Below are positions 63,913 to 64,000 of a stretch of DNA of 64,000 bases, piece after piece. Numbering within the stretch: position 1 is the first letter of the stretch; the number at the start of each line of letters is the position of its first letter. Both the position numbers and the translations under genes were made by a program. The stretch is from an uncultured Alphaproteobacteria bacterium (GTDB lineage: Bacteria; Pseudomonadota; Alphaproteobacteria; Rhizobiales; Kaistiaceae). Under the pieces are notes generated by a model, which did no database searches, was not told the origin of the DNA, and saw only the letters and a list, made by a program, of their open reading frames with translations. The DNA is taken from the NCBI GenBank assembly GCA_963784605.1, contig CAWARW010000021.1:809-64808 (forward strand), read 5' to 3'.

Positions 63913-64000
63913 TTAGTTCGCCGGCTTGTACCAGGAGTCGAGACCGTCCTGGACCTTCTTGCCGGCCTCTTCAGGCGTCATCGTCTTGTTGAGCACCTGC
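63913..64000 (-). CDS. ABC transporter substrate-binding protein, C-terminal end only (rest outside window)
   Basis: The minus-strand frame reads ...QVLNKTMTPEEAGKKVQDGLDSWYKPAN with stop 63913-63915. This is a typical CUT1 SBP C-terminus at the head of the permease/ATPase operon. Confidence 0.6.
   Translation of the reverse strand, partial: QVLNKTMTPEEAGKKVQDGLDSWYKPAN

Overview
This is a high-GC chromosomal segment that looks alphaproteobacterial, probably Rhizobiales. The call rests on the nuoN-birA-rnj-mce-DUF1467-proS-lolE-lolD gene order and on GAAC-N7-GAAC SOS boxes. Positions 1 to about 32 kb are core housekeeping: the nuoN 3' end, birA, RNase J, methylmalonyl-CoA epimerase, proS, lolE/lolD, a ku-ligD NHEJ pair, ssb, two tandem cold-shock genes, a class III cyclase, gyrA, a GGDEF protein, coaD, two cyclophilins, queA, tgt and tRNA-Lys(UUU). 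Directly 3' of the tRNA lies a roughly 1.9 kb islet of visibly lower G+C carrying 2-3 ORFs with no family signature I recognise and no integrase. This islet is the best candidate for something undescribed. From 34 kb to 64 kb the window is an accessory transport and catabolism region. It holds a CUT2-type sugar ABC operon (with a fused ATPase-permease) coupled to GATase1-like and PHP-like genes under a divergent ROK regulator, three MBL-fold lactonase-like genes, two MmgE/PrpD genes, an SDR, dehydrogenases, a Liv-type amino-acid ABC operon, LacI and LysR regulators, and a CUT1 sugar ABC operon that runs off the window. About 20 otherwise well-conserved genes, including essential ones, are interrupted by single-base frameshifts, often at short homopolymer runs. 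I read most of these as assembly indels rather than real pseudogenes, but reads are needed to confirm that. I saw no CRISPR array, rRNA, transposase or integrase. Many long ORFs in the supplied track are antisense or out-of-frame shadow ORFs typical of high-GC DNA, and I did not call them.
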